Origin: an archaeon
GTDB lineage: Archaea > Nanobdellota > Nanobdellia > Woesearchaeales > GW2011-AR9
Assembly: GCA_018670085.1 (NCBI GenBank)
Contig: JABHRS010000037.1
Span: 28,500 to 92,499 of the forward strand
Direction: 5' to 3'
Length of the DNA: 64,000 bases
Shown piece by piece: positions 9,870 through 20,737 of this stretch. Numbering within the stretch: position 1 is the first letter of the stretch; every line of letters begins with the position of its first letter. The position numbers and the translations under genes were made by a program. Below the pieces are notes generated by a model. That model searched no databases. It was not told the DNA's origin and saw nothing but the letters and a program-made list of their open reading frames with translations.

Positions 9870-10538
9870 ATGTTATACCAGGCATTAATTCCAATTCCAA
9901 CAGAAGATATGCAACAAGTAGAATTTGGATTTCTACACCCAGCATTAATTAATCCAATTGCATCTGTTTTAGGTTTGAACCAGAATGATCCAAACATTCC
10001 TGCCAGAGCATACCATATTACTGTACCAATGAATTGCAACATTCTCGCACCAATTGAAGGCACCATTATTGCAAAAAATTACTCAGAAACTATTCCTAAA
10101 AAAAATGCAGAAGCACATCAATGTAACTACATAGAAATTCAAAATGCAGATTTAATTCTTAGAATCAATCATATGTCAACTCACCTAACAACAGGAAGCA
10201 AAGTTAGGCAAGGCGAGACTATTGGTGAATTGTATGGATTTATTGGAAGACATCAAGATACTGATGCACATATCCATGTGCAGGTAAAAATGCCAATAAA
10301 TTCCAAACTTCAATTACTTGGCCTGCCAAATCATTGGAAAGATTATCGACGTGTTGTAGCAAATGATTCTATTGACGCTGTATTAGAAGCTAATCTTCCT
10401 TACCAAATTGCAAGAAACAGGATTTGGGCGCCACATGGCCCAAGGCAACAAATTAAAGATACAATTAGAGCTTGCATTAAAAATGAAAGGCAGCATCGTA
10501 AAGATGTAAAAGAAGTACGTTTCGATTTAGATTTCTAA
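9870..10538 (+). CDS. M23 peptidase-like protein (degenerate)
   Basis: ILAPIEGTI, NYIEIQ, NHM, GSKVRQGETIG, AHIHVQV follow the LytM/M23 pattern; HxxxD not intact. Confidence 0.6.
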   Translation: MLYQALIPIPTEDMQQVEFGFLHPALINPIASVLGLNQNDPNIPARAYHITVPMNCNILAPIEGTIIAKNYSETIPKKNAEAHQCNYIEIQNADLILRINHMSTHLTTGSKVRQGETIGELYGFIGRHQDTDAHIHVQVKMPINSKLQLLGLPNHWKDYRRVVANDSIDAVLEANLPYQIARNRIWAPHGPRQQIKDTIRACIKNERQHRKDVKEVRFDLDF

Positions 10539-10604
10539 AAATCAGCTCAATAAATTATTCTTACACTAAACTTATAAAACAATAAGAAATTAAAAATAAC
10601 AATC

Positions 10605-11087
10605 ATGGCAAAAATCTTAGTCGCACTTGGAATGGGTGGACACACATCACAAATCCTAAGGTTAGTTGATAAAATCGATGACAAACATGAATTATGTTAT
10701 CTAATTTGTAGTGATGATCAAACTAGTAAAACTAAAATCAGAAAACCAGGCACAATTTACTATATGAAAAATCCAAGAGACATGAAAGATAAGTTTCTTG
10801 GCAAAGTTGTGTTAAAAATGATTCCAGCAACTTTGGATGCCAATAAAATATTAAGTCACGCAAAACCTGATGTTGTTCTTTGTAGTGGTCCTAGTATGGC
10901 AATTCCTCTTTTTTGGATGGCAAAACTTCGCGGTGTAAAAACAATTTTCCTAGAAAGTTGGGTACGTGTGCATCATAAAAGTCAAGCGGGTAGGTTTGTA
11001 TCACCTGTGACTAATTTGTTTATTGTTCAGTGGAAGAGTATGTTGCATCAATATAAGAAAGCCGAGTTTAGGGGAAGATTATCATGA
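10605..11087 (+). CDS. Alg14/PssD-like glycosyltransferase subunit
   Basis: GMGGH, KPDVVLCSGP, FLESWVRV, FIVQW. Confidence 0.88.
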   Translation: MAKILVALGMGGHTSQILRLVDKIDDKHELCYLICSDDQTSKTKIRKPGTIYYMKNPRDMKDKFLGKVVLKMIPATLDANKILSHAKPDVVLCSGPSMAIPLFWMAKLRGVKTIFLESWVRVHHKSQAGRFVSPVTNLFIVQWKSMLHQYKKAEFRGRLS

Positions 11088-11614
11088 ATCAAGAACCTAA
11101 AGCAGCAGATAGTGAAGGAATCTTCGAATCAGTTTTTGTAACTGTAGGTAATGGAAACTTCGACCCTCTAATCAAAGAGATCGACAAACTCAAAGCAGAA
11201 GGTAAACTTCCTGGCAAGGTTATAATTCAAATTGGTCATGGAAAATATGAACCAAAACACTGTGAATTCTTTAAGTTCGCCCCAACTTTACAGCCTTATT
11301 ACCTTAAGGCAACTTTAGTTATTAGTCATGGTGGCCCTGGAACTGTCTTTGAAATACTTAGAAAAAAACTTCCACTTATTGCTTTAGCAAATCGTGATCG
11401 AACTGACCCTATGCATCAAGTAGAATTTCTTGAAGCTATTAGTGCAGAGAGTAATGGATTAATTTATTGTCCTAGTATCCAAAAACTAGCAGAAAAAATC
11501 GAATCTGCAAAAGGACACGATTTTATTCCATATCAAAGACCAGACTGTACGATGCATGAGTTAGTGAATGACTTTTTAGATAAAATAGATGCGAAAGAGT
11601 TTCGGTATAAGTAG
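11084..11614 (+). CDS. Alg13/PssE-like glycosyltransferase subunit (GT28 C-terminal)
   Basis: VFVTVG, IQIG, VISHGGPGT, HQVEF; ATGA overlap with upstream gene. Confidence 0.88.
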   Translation: MNQEPKAADSEGIFESVFVTVGNGNFDPLIKEIDKLKAEGKLPGKVIIQIGHGKYEPKHCEFFKFAPTLQPYYLKATLVISHGGPGTVFEILRKKLPLIALANRDRTDPMHQVEFLEAISAESNGLIYCPSIQKLAEKIESAKGHDFIPYQRPDCTMHELVNDFLDKIDAKEFRYK

Positions 11615-11699
11615 TTTTCAACTAACTAACTTAAACTATAACATTCCATTCTACTGCAAAACACAAATCAATATAAAACAATCTTAGTGAATTAATCAT

Positions 11700-12122
11700 A
11701 TGAGTGATAACAATATGAGTGATGAAAATCTGTATATACCTATTCGCATGGAATTAAAACCATCTTCAGCTCAAGATACTTCAGATTTGAGACATAAATT
11801 ATCTCAGCCAGCTTTTAGAGAAAGTTTGAGAAAAGATTTAGGATATTTTGTCCGTGAAGAACTATTACTAGGAACTCTTGAAAATGTGTTTAGAGATGAT
11901 CAAGTCCCAAGTATGGAACGACTAAGGATTACTCAACTTGCACAAGATTCATATCAATCAGGTAAAAATGGTTCTGCGTTTGACAATTCAAATTTAGATA
12001 CACCATATAGTGGATTAATTGCTTTGTTCCATGATTTAGGAGAGGTATCTAAATTAGGTCCAGAACTAGAAGTTAAAAAAAGAGAAGAAGAATTTTATGC
12101 TAGAATGTTAAAAATGAGATAA
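11700..12122 (+). CDS. hypothetical protein
   Basis: 140-aa ORF with TATA-like element upstream. Confidence 0.65.
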   Translation: MSDNNMSDENLYIPIRMELKPSSAQDTSDLRHKLSQPAFRESLRKDLGYFVREELLLGTLENVFRDDQVPSMERLRITQLAQDSYQSGKNGSAFDNSNLDTPYSGLIALFHDLGEVSKLGPELEVKKREEEFYARMLKMR

Positions 12123-12179
12123 AAAATATCAAACATAGTATAGATCAATTTATTAAACTATTAATTTTCTATAAACATC

Positions 12180-13253
12180 ATGAAGAAATATCTTGGCACG
12201 ATTCTAATTGTAATCATTGCATTAACCACCTACACATATACAGATATATCCCTTGATGACTTCAGCAGTATAGCAAGTCTCACAGGTAAAGCAAGCGAAA
12301 CCCAAAACCAATTTATCCAAGAAACAATTGATACTGGCAGCGTTTCAATTACTTTCTGCCCAAACGGTCTTTGCGAAGAAACACTATTAGATTTCATCAA
12401 CAACGCAGAAGACAGTCTTCACTGTGCTTTTTATGATATTGGACTTGAGTCCGTGCAAGACGCTTTGCTTCAAAAATATGAAGAGATAGAAGTGCAAGTT
12501 GTAACAGATAATGATTACTTTCACAAGTTCCCATATAATGGATTTGTCAAACAAGACAGATCAGCTTACATGCACAACAAATTTTGTATCACAGGCAACA
12601 AAGTAATCACAGGTTCAATGAATCCAACTGATAATGGTGCCAATAAAAACGATAACAATTTACTAGTAATTGAATCACAAGAACTAGCAAATAATTTTGA
12701 AACAGAATTTCAAGAACTCTGGAGTGGAACTTTCAAAAAAGGGGACCCCAATGCATTGATTGTAAATCTTTCAACAACAGAACAGCAATTAGTCATTGAA
12801 AGTTATTTCTGCCCAGATGATGATTGTGCAACCGCAGTTGAAACCGAAATCCAAGCAGCAACTGAATCAGTTTATTTTATGACATTCAGTTTCACCCATG
12901 ATGGAATTGCAAATAATATTCTAGTTAAACACCAAGAAGCAATAGAGCAAGCTACAGAATTCGATGTTAGAGGAATTTTTGAATCAAGGCAGAATTCCAA
13001 ATATAGTAAATTCGATGTCTTTGATTATCAAGGGGTTGAAGTTTATACTGATGCCAACAAAAATACTATGCATCATAAAGTCTTCATAATCGATGCCGAA
13101 ACTGTGATCACAGGCAGCATGAATCCAAGTAATAACGGTGTTGATGGGAACGATGAAACTTTATTAATCATCCACTCTGATGAAGTTGCCAAAGCATTCA
13201 CAACTGAGTTTGAGAGAATTTTTAATGAAGCAAAAAGCAAAGCAGAATCTTAA
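12180..13253 (+). CDS. phospholipase D-family protein (secreted/anchored)
   Basis: N-terminal TM; two HxK..GSMN motifs (HNKFCITG, HHKVFIID). Confidence 0.9.
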   Translation: MKKYLGTILIVIIALTTYTYTDISLDDFSSIASLTGKASETQNQFIQETIDTGSVSITFCPNGLCEETLLDFINNAEDSLHCAFYDIGLESVQDALLQKYEEIEVQVVTDNDYFHKFPYNGFVKQDRSAYMHNKFCITGNKVITGSMNPTDNGANKNDNNLLVIESQELANNFETEFQELWSGTFKKGDPNALIVNLSTTEQQLVIESYFCPDDDCATAVETEIQAATESVYFMTFSFTHDGIANNILVKHQEAIEQATEFDVRGIFESRQNSKYSKFDVFDYQGVEVYTDANKNTMHHKVFIIDAETVITGSMNPSNNGVDGNDETLLIIHSDEVAKAFTTEFERIFNEAKSKAES

Positions 13254-13262
13254 TTTCTAAGT

Positions 13263-13949
13263 TCAATATCGAATCAATAAATTTTCAATATCATCCATTG
13301 CAAAACTTGTAGCTTCATATCCAAATTCAACTAACCCATCATAGCCAGTTGCAGGATTTGAATCTGGTTGAGTTGAGATGGAAGATGAGAATAATAATTT
13401 ATCAGGATTCCCATTTGAGATAGTAGTACCAACAGAACTACCATCTGTTGCATAAAAAGTAGTATTTACATTCCAATAAGAATTTTGTCCAGTATTTTCA
13501 TAAGCCGAACAAATGAGTGTTACTTCTCCACTGTTAAATATTAATTTTGAAGAATTATATTGATCCCCAGAACTGTTAACAAATGCAGGTTGCAAATCAT
13601 CTGGTCTATCTTCAAAATAATCTAACATATCATCTGCCAAATCTTTAATTTGTTGATATTGTGAGTCACAATCAATGTAAGTTAAATTTCCTGGATTTTC
13701 TGGCAACATTTCTTCAAAGTTGTCGCATAATTCTTCATCAGGCATTGTTGCCAAAGCAGCACAGAGATAAAGGTCCTCCATCGGATCTGCTGCTCCAAAT
13801 AAATATCCATCATCTTTTATTCTGTGTGATCCAAGATTATCATCTTGTTGATCTAATGGATGTAATCCCTGTTCATTACATCCAAATGTTAAACTAGTAA
13901 CAACTGCGGTTAATGTTACAATGGATTGATTTCTTCTGTGATTATGCAT
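13263..13949 (-). CDS. hypothetical acidic lipoprotein-like protein
   Basis: Signal-like N-terminus ending in LTFGC; acidic body. Confidence 0.65.
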   Translation of the reverse strand: MHNHRRNQSIVTLTAVVTSLTFGCNEQGLHPLDQQDDNLGSHRIKDDGYLFGAADPMEDLYLCAALATMPDEELCDNFEEMLPENPGNLTYIDCDSQYQQIKDLADDMLDYFEDRPDDLQPAFVNSSGDQYNSSKLIFNSGEVTLICSAYENTGQNSYWNVNTTFYATDGSSVGTTISNGNPDKLLFSSSISTQPDSNPATGYDGLVEFGYEATSFAMDDIENLLIRY

Positions 13950-14101
13950 CAATCTCTATAAGTGAGTCTACATTATAAAATCAATCTTAAAAAATTGAGT
14001 TCACTCAAAAAAAGTTAAAGATAGGATAAATTCTTATGAACAAAAATAAAAACAGAAGCTAGAAACAATAAATATATAACCAAAAAAACATTCTCTAAAT
14101 C

Positions 14102-14800
14102 ATGGCATTGTTTTCCAAACACACTCATTTAATCCATAATTTTCCTAAGAACTATCCTTGGTACAAAAAAACATTTGCAAACATTATCTATTTCATTAGT
14201 GGTTTAGTGATACATCATCGTAAAAATGAGTTAACACATTTAGACATTGTTCATGCAAGGCGCAAAATGCGTAAGGGTGATGTAGTTTTAGTTGCAAATT
14301 ACAGAGAACTATCAAGTCTTGCAATTAATGGAATCTCAACTCACGCAATGCTTTATTTAGGTAAAAGAAGATTCATTGGAGCTGAAGGTGATGGTGTTAG
14401 CATTTCAACTTGGCATCATTTGCATACAGAGTATGATATTTTGATAATTTTAGAAGTCCCGCAATACATTAACAATCGTAAAAAAATAATTAATAAAGCA
14501 TGTTTGTTTGCAGAAAAACAAATTGGCAAACCATATGACTTTTTTTTTGAAGGAGATTATGCCAAATACTTTTGCACTGAACTAGTAAATGTCGCATTTC
14601 ATCATGCTAAGTTTCACACTGGAGTTGCATCAGTTAAGCCAACCCATAATATTTTAGAAAAAATTGAGAAAAAGATGTTTAGCTCAACTTTCAAACCACT
14701 GCACCCGGACGAATTCCTTAAAGCAAATTTTCAAATCAAATTTTTATCCCATAATTTAGAATATAAGAAAGGTCATATCCATTATGTTAGTAAGAAATAA
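14102..14800 (+). CDS. YiiX/YebB-like permuted NlpC/P60 cysteine hydrolase
   Basis: RKGDVVL, STHAMLYLG, QIGKPYD, YFCTELV. Confidence 0.85.
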   Translation: MALFSKHTHLIHNFPKNYPWYKKTFANIIYFISGLVIHHRKNELTHLDIVHARRKMRKGDVVLVANYRELSSLAINGISTHAMLYLGKRRFIGAEGDGVSISTWHHLHTEYDILIILEVPQYINNRKKIINKACLFAEKQIGKPYDFFFEGDYAKYFCTELVNVAFHHAKFHTGVASVKPTHNILEKIEKKMFSSTFKPLHPDEFLKANFQIKFLSHNLEYKKGHIHYVSKK

Positions 14801-14834
14801 AAGAAAGGAAAGAAAAAAAAAGTGAATTTTCTAG

Positions 14835-15464
14835 TCACTCCAACTGCACAGAATACAACTCTTCACGACAAGTACAACCATCACCAATTTGATAAATTGA
14901 AACTGTTGATGCCTTAAATTTTATGGGCAAAGAGATATTTTCCAATAACATTTCTTTTTCTTCAAAATCAAAACAACCAAGACTAATATGTGCATGATAG
15001 TTCTCAAACGCATAATCTTTCAAAAAATTATTCAAAAATCTAGAAGAGCTCTCACTGATACCAGTTTTCTCCCCTTCAACTAAAACACTTGCATCTTTAC
15101 AAGGCAGAAGGTAGGGTCTAACAATCTCTGCTACCTTAGTATGTAGCGCCAGAAGTTTATCATTAAGTTCAATTTGAAAATAAGCTTTTTTCTGCACATT
15201 TAATTTTTCATACAGACCAAATCCACTAAGTTCCAGATCTAATACAGAATAGTCCACAACTAATTGCTGCAATAATTTTTGAATCTTTGGGATTGACGTT
15301 TCTTCAACACAGCCAAGGATTAAAGTAATATGAGGCACATAGTCATTTTGACCAAATTCAAAGCGAGACTTAGCAACCTTTGCAGCAGCTTTGTTCACAG
15401 CAAAACATAAAACCTGAATTTCTTTTGGTGGTACAAGAACGATATCAATTGCTTTTATTGCCAT
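14835..15464 (-). CDS. 2H phosphoesterase (2'-5' RNA ligase family)
   Basis: Two HxT/S motifs: PHITL and AHISL. Confidence 0.8.
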   Translation of the reverse strand: MAIKAIDIVLVPPKEIQVLCFAVNKAAAKVAKSRFEFGQNDYVPHITLILGCVEETSIPKIQKLLQQLVVDYSVLDLELSGFGLYEKLNVQKKAYFQIELNDKLLALHTKVAEIVRPYLLPCKDASVLVEGEKTGISESSSRFLNNFLKDYAFENYHAHISLGCFDFEEKEMLLENISLPIKFKASTVSIYQIGDGCTCREELYSVQLE

Positions 15465-15499
15465 ATTAGTTCAAAATCAAGTTCTAAATAAAAAGATTT

Positions 15500-16480
15500 C
15501 TACCCAACCCGATCCAATATCCCATGCGCATCACTAGTTGCCAAAAATTCTCTCAGTTCTGATAAATCCTTTCGAAGCAAAAACTGAGACCTAAGTCTAG
15601 ACTTTTCCCTATCAGAAACTCGAGCTAACCTATCAACTAAAATCAGAGGATATGGATAACCCAAAAAGATTGGATCAGTTGATAATTCAATTAACAATGC
15701 TGCATATTCCTTTGATCCACTAAAGCGAAAAATATGATTTGACTTTGGATGTAATTTTACAAAATGCAAATGACTATCGAATGAATGTATCCAAGCACTT
15801 TCTAAAAATGGAGACAATTTAGACAACGAAACAGTAGGACTTCCACCACTAGCAGTAAATAACTGTGAAGACTTTGCTAGAGCAACAACATTTTCTGGTA
15901 ACAAAGACACAATTTTTTCTTCACCAGGATACCTAGCATCTAAAGTTCCATCTAAAACCACAACAGATCCTTCTTTTGAAGAGATTTCTTTGGCTAAACC
16001 AAGTTCCAAAAACCGCCTAGTCATGCTAACAAGTTTTGTAATCGGAGCTCGCCCAATACCTGAACGGAATAATTGATCTTCAGAGTTTACTTTTAACAGT
16101 TCATTATCCACTAAAGAACTAGCCTTACCTTTAACATCAAAAAGTTTAGCAGAGTAGACAATTGACCCATTATTTCCAGAAGCACTCACAAGTACATACG
16201 CTTCAAAAGTTTCAATTGCAGTTTTCTTTAATCCTTTGAATCCAACGGCTGCAACACGCAGATATGCTAACACAAAATTGCTGGCAACTAATAACTCTGC
16301 TTGTCCGCCATCGATGAAAAATACTTCTTTCTCTAAATTCAAATTTTGTAAAGGAGAAAAATCATCAGAATTTATTGGCAGCTGTTTTCCTTGAAATAGT
16401 AATGAGTCGTTCTGATTCAAAGGTATTGTTGCAACCTGTTTTAATGCAGATACTATTGATTCAGCTACCATAAATTCCAT
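15500..16480 (-). CDS. nurA: NurA-family nuclease
   Basis: FIDGG, VLDGTL, LGYPYPLILVD.LARVS, C-terminal H.ILD. Confidence 0.88.
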   Translation of the reverse strand: MEFMVAESIVSALKQVATIPLNQNDSLLFQGKQLPINSDDFSPLQNLNLEKEVFFIDGGQAELLVASNFVLAYLRVAAVGFKGLKKTAIETFEAYVLVSASGNNGSIVYSAKLFDVKGKASSLVDNELLKVNSEDQLFRSGIGRAPITKLVSMTRRFLELGLAKEISSKEGSVVVLDGTLDARYPGEEKIVSLLPENVVALAKSSQLFTASGGSPTVSLSKLSPFLESAWIHSFDSHLHFVKLHPKSNHIFRFSGSKEYAALLIELSTDPIFLGYPYPLILVDRLARVSDREKSRLRSQFLLRKDLSELREFLATSDAHGILDRVG

Positions 16481-16664
16481 CAGTTATATCCAAAACAAAA
16501 CTCTTTAAATGTTTTTAGTTAATTCAGTTCCAACCAACACCACTTATCCAATACAGCTGATAATGATTTCACTTTGACAGTTGAAGACAAGTTTCCAGGA
16601 GTTTTAGAATTATTTAAAGTTTAATTTGCAACTGATAACAAAAAAAAGAAAATATTAATGTTCA

Positions 16665-17243
16665 TTATTTTAAAAGCGCATCAAGTGCCGCTTGGAAGAA
16701 ATCTTTCCCTAGGGCTGTATCTGTCGTCCTATCTGCCAAATCACTTCGTATAAGAGTTGGACGAAAAAACGCTTTAGCAAAATCTGGATTTCCCCTAAGT
16801 GCAGAATAATCCCTATTAGTCAACACAGACGGTAAGCTGGCGGTTCCAAAAACATGACCACGCGGTAAAGATTCAAGGTGAAGACCATAATGTAATCCAG
16901 TGATCCTATCAGCACCCCATTCACCATCTCTGAAAACCATAACCATATCTCCAGATTTTACATATCTTTTATCTTCTGGTCCATCTGTCAGACGAAGACC
17001 AGGGACAGTTGCAACAGATCGATCACCATTCATAATCGGATGAAATACTCGATCATAACCTTCTGGCCGTGATAATTCCTCAACACTATGAAATCTGTTC
17101 AACACATTAAGTGTTCTACCAAAACGCAAAAAATTATCTGCTCCAAGATCATATTTACCTTCCAATTCTAGTGGATTTCCAGCTTCAATGCCAAAATACC
17201 GTTTAACATAGCTTCCAAACCGTTCTTCAATTGATTTTCCCAT
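16665..17243 (-). CDS. hypothetical protein
   Basis: ORF; ATG 17243 lies ~25 nt downstream of TTTATAA. Confidence 0.65.
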   Translation of the reverse strand: MGKSIEERFGSYVKRYFGIEAGNPLELEGKYDLGADNFLRFGRTLNVLNRFHSVEELSRPEGYDRVFHPIMNGDRSVATVPGLRLTDGPEDKRYVKSGDMVMVFRDGEWGADRITGLHYGLHLESLPRGHVFGTASLPSVLTNRDYSALRGNPDFAKAFFRPTLIRSDLADRTTDTALGKDFFQAALDALLK

Positions 17244-17332
17244 ACACTCAAAATACTCACAGCAGTTATAAATATTACTACTAAAAAAAGACAAATCATT
17301 ATGTGTCCTATAATATTAAAAATTAAAAAAAC

Positions 17333-17569
17333 TTAATCTTCAGGCAGGCCATCAAACTCCTGCTTCCTTTCTTCAAACCACGCTTTCATTGCAACTGGGT
17401 CTTTCATTAAATCCATCATTTTCTGCATAGCTTCCATATGAGCAGCGTCTTTAACAGCAAACATTTCCATTCCATGTTTTTTACTCAATTCTGCCATTTC
17501 TTCAAAAGTTTCGGCTTTAAAATCTAAGTCGCAAGCACCGCCAAGTTGTTTACAGTTCATTGTTTTCAT
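17333..17569 (-). CDS. DUF1059-like small protein
   Basis: MKTMNCKQLGGACD..HG pattern; SD upstream. Confidence 0.8.
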   Translation of the reverse strand: MKTMNCKQLGGACDLDFKAETFEEMAELSKKHGMEMFAVKDAAHMEAMQKMMDLMKDPVAMKAWFEERKQEFDGLPED

Positions 17570-17590
17570 TTTATATCTCCTAATTTTTAA

Positions 17591-20500
17591 TCAAACTTTA
17601 TCAAAAGCCATCACAAAACTTTGCTTCTTAACATTAAATTCCAAAACATGTTTATGTGACCTCGCAGCTTTAGTTTGAGCCAGTAAAAGTTTATCAGCTC
17701 CAACTTTTCTTGCGATCATTGATTCAAATTCTTTCAGATCATTCTCCAGAACATCTGGAACCTGTACATGCAGAACAATTGAATCAGTTTTTTCTAAACC
17801 TGCTTCCTTTCTTTGGTTCTGAACAGCACGCATAATTTCTCTTGCATACCCCTCAGCTTCCAAAGCAGGACTTCGTTCTAAGTTCAGATATACAAATCCT
17901 CCTTTAAACCCTGATTCTGAAAATCCTTTTGGCACTTCTCGGTTAATAGTGAAATCATCTAAAACCAATTTAGCTTCACTACCATCAATTAGTTTGAAAG
18001 AATAATTTCCTTCACTATTAATTGTAGAGATAATATCAGCCATCTTTTGCGATTTAATATGCTTAATTACTTGAACTGAATTTTTACCATATTTTGGTCC
18101 AAGTGATCTCATATTAATCTCAGCTTCAATCGAAACACCTGGTAATTCAGAAAGCAAAGTCACATCTTTTACATTCAATTGCGCTTTTAATAGATCACGA
18201 ACAGCTTCAACTGATTTGAAAACAACATCATCACTGCTTACCACAACCAATTCTTTCATTGGCCAACGTAGACCCATCCTAACTTTCTCACGAGCATTTA
18301 ATCCAGCTTGTAACACTCCAGCTAAAATTGCCATCTGTGATTCCAACTCTGAATTATGCAAATTATTATCAACTTGTGGCCATGCAAAATGACTAATACT
18401 TTCTTCATTAAAAGTAAATTCTTCTTTTAAATTTAAAAATATAATCTCAGTTGAAAATGGACAAAGTACTTGTAACATTTTTAATCCGCCAAATAATACT
18501 TCAGCAATCGTAGCAAGTACTACGGCCTTTTCTTCTTTGCTTCCTGTTGCCAACTGATCTCTTGACATTTGAATATACTCACGAGATAAGTCAAAGAATA
18601 ATGATTCAATAACAGTTCCGATTTTATCAAGTTGATATTTATTCATCATTTCAGTCACAGTAGCAATTGTACTTTGAAGTCGGCTCAAAATATATTTCTC
18701 TTCTAAACCAGTTTCCATCTGCTCAAGTTTGTTGTTCATCTCAAACGGATTGACTCCAGCTTCTTTTGAATTGGAAATCAACAGTTTGTGCACATTCCAA
18801 ATAATCTTCAAAAACCGCTCCTTAACAATCAACTCTTCCCAAGAGAAGTTAGCATCTTCACCAGCATTATTTCCAATCATATACAAACGCAAAACATCTG
18901 CTCCATGTTTATCAATAACTTCGTAAGGACTGATAATATTACCAATACTTTTTGACATCTTAACTCCGTCAACATCGGTTACAAATCCATGCATATACAC
19001 ATTTTCAAATGATGGGACTCCCATGTCAATATGTGAGCAAGTCCAAAGCAGATTAAACCATGCTCGAATTTGATCTTTTCCTTCAACAATAAAGTTAGGT
19101 GGATAAAATCTATCCATATTTTCTTCATTATCGAGCATAATCCATGATTGACAACCAGGATCGATCCAAACATCAAGTACATCAGGCAATCGGTAATACT
19201 TTTTCCCATCTTTTTCTAAAACCACATCATCAATCCATGGTTTATGTAAGTTTTCAGGTACTGGTGTTTCTTTACTTGCTAGTTCCTTCAATTCTTCAAT
19301 TGACCCAATTACAATGATATCATCTTTGTCACCATCTGCTTGCCAGATAGGAACTGGTGTTCCCCAAAATCTTTGTTTAGTGATAGAGTTATCTCTAAGA
19401 CCACTTAACCAACTTCGAAATCCGTTTTTACCAGCTTCAGGATTCCAATATACTTTTTCATTGTTAGCCAGCATTTTTTCTTTCAAATCATTAACTTTCA
19501 AAAACCATTGTTCGGTTGTTCGAAAAATTACTGCAGCTTTGCTTCGTTCACCATGAGGGTATGAATGTCTAATTTTTTTCTTTGCAATTAAAGATCCATT
19601 TTCTTCCATCAACTCAATAAATTTAGCATCATCTTTTTTTGCAACCAATCCCGCAAATAATTTTGATTCATCTGGATATACCCCATATTCATTAATTGGA
19701 TTAAATGGTTGCACTCCATTTCTAAGGCATAGTTCATAATCAGTATCACCGCAACCTGGCGCCATATGTACAAGTCCAGTTCCTTCATCTAAATGAACGG
19801 CGTCTGGTGACATTAAAACTGAATAAATTTTGGAATTTGTTTTTCGTACTTCTTCAACTTCTGCAAATTCTCCTTCAAACGGAGCAGTATATTCTAGCCC
19901 TTCAAATGTGGACCCTTTTACTGTTTCTATAATCTCAAATTCTTTACCAGCAACTTCTTTGATTACTTTCTCTGCCAATTTTTCAGCAACAATCCAAACT
20001 TCTTCTCCGACTTTACATTTCACATAGTCATAGTCAGGATGTAAAACCACCATTAAGTTCAGTGGAATTGTCCAAGGAGTAGTTGTCCAAATCAGTAAAT
20101 GTTCATTTTCAGTTCCTTTAATTTTGAATTTTAAATAAATGGAATCATCAGTAATATCTTTGTATTCTAATTCATGTTTAGCAAGCGCACTTCCATCTTT
20201 TGGATCCCAATGCAAAGCCCTTTTCCCAAGATATAATCTTTCATTGTTATGTGCTTTTTTTATAAAACTCCAAACTTTTTCAATTCGTTTAGGTTTAATT
20301 GGTTGATCAGGATCAGAATAGTCAAGAGTTGTTCCAATTCTTTCAAAGTCTACGATCATTGCGTCCATCATTTCAATACAGAAATTATAACATTCGTTGG
20401 AAAATTTATCATAACCAAATTTTTTAATATCTTCTTTAGTTTTCAGATTAAACTTCGCCATTACTTTGTGTTCAGTTGGCAAACCGTGCATATCAAATCC

Positions 20501-20737
20501 TGCTCTATCCCAAACATCAAATCCTTGAAGACGTTTGTATCTCAAGACCATATCTTTGAGTGATTTGTTCCATGCGTGTCCTAAATGAATTTTTCCGCTG
20601 GTGTATGGTGGTCCATCTAAGAAGTAGAATGGGTCTCCTTGTTTGTTTCGTTTTCGCAGATGATCTACGATTTTTTTAGATTTCCAAAACTTCAAAATTT
20701 GTTCTTCATTTTCCAGAGAATATTCGTTAAATTTCAT
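17591..20737 (-). CDS. ileS: isoleucyl-tRNA synthetase
   Basis: DGPPY..HLGH, WTTTPWT, GTGLVH, EGKDQIRAWF, KMSKS; archaeal/eukaryote-type C-terminus. Confidence 0.97.
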   Translation of the reverse strand: MKFNEYSLENEEQILKFWKSKKIVDHLRKRNKQGDPFYFLDGPPYTSGKIHLGHAWNKSLKDMVLRYKRLQGFDVWDRAGFDMHGLPTEHKVMAKFNLKTKEDIKKFGYDKFSNECYNFCIEMMDAMIVDFERIGTTLDYSDPDQPIKPKRIEKVWSFIKKAHNNERLYLGKRALHWDPKDGSALAKHELEYKDITDDSIYLKFKIKGTENEHLLIWTTTPWTIPLNLMVVLHPDYDYVKCKVGEEVWIVAEKLAEKVIKEVAGKEFEIIETVKGSTFEGLEYTAPFEGEFAEVEEVRKTNSKIYSVLMSPDAVHLDEGTGLVHMAPGCGDTDYELCLRNGVQPFNPINEYGVYPDESKLFAGLVAKKDDAKFIELMEENGSLIAKKKIRHSYPHGERSKAAVIFRTTEQWFLKVNDLKEKMLANNEKVYWNPEAGKNGFRSWLSGLRDNSITKQRFWGTPVPIWQADGDKDDIIVIGSIEELKELASKETPVPENLHKPWIDDVVLEKDGKKYYRLPDVLDVWIDPGCQSWIMLDNEENMDRFYPPNFIVEGKDQIRAWFNLLWTCSHIDMGVPSFENVYMHGFVTDVDGVKMSKSIGNIISPYEVIDKHGADVLRLYMIGNNAGEDANFSWEELIVKERFLKIIWNVHKLLISNSKEAGVNPFEMNNKLEQMETGLEEKYILSRLQSTIATVTEMMNKYQLDKIGTVIESLFFDLSREYIQMSRDQLATGSKEEKAVVLATIAEVLFGGLKMLQVLCPFSTEIIFLNLKEEFTFNEESISHFAWPQVDNNLHNSELESQMAILAGVLQAGLNAREKVRMGLRWPMKELVVVSSDDVVFKSVEAVRDLLKAQLNVKDVTLLSELPGVSIEAEINMRSLGPKYGKNSVQVIKHIKSQKMADIISTINSEGNYSFKLIDGSEAKLVLDDFTINREVPKGFSESGFKGGFVYLNLERSPALEAEGYAREIMRAVQNQRKEAGLEKTDSIVLHVQVPDVLENDLKEFESMIARKVGADKLLLAQTKAARSHKHVLEFNVKKQSFVMAFDKV

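Noticed and set aside
16520..16624. Coding-like fragment (..TADNDFTLTVEDKFPGVLELFKV*)
   Set aside because: No start codon and too short to assign.
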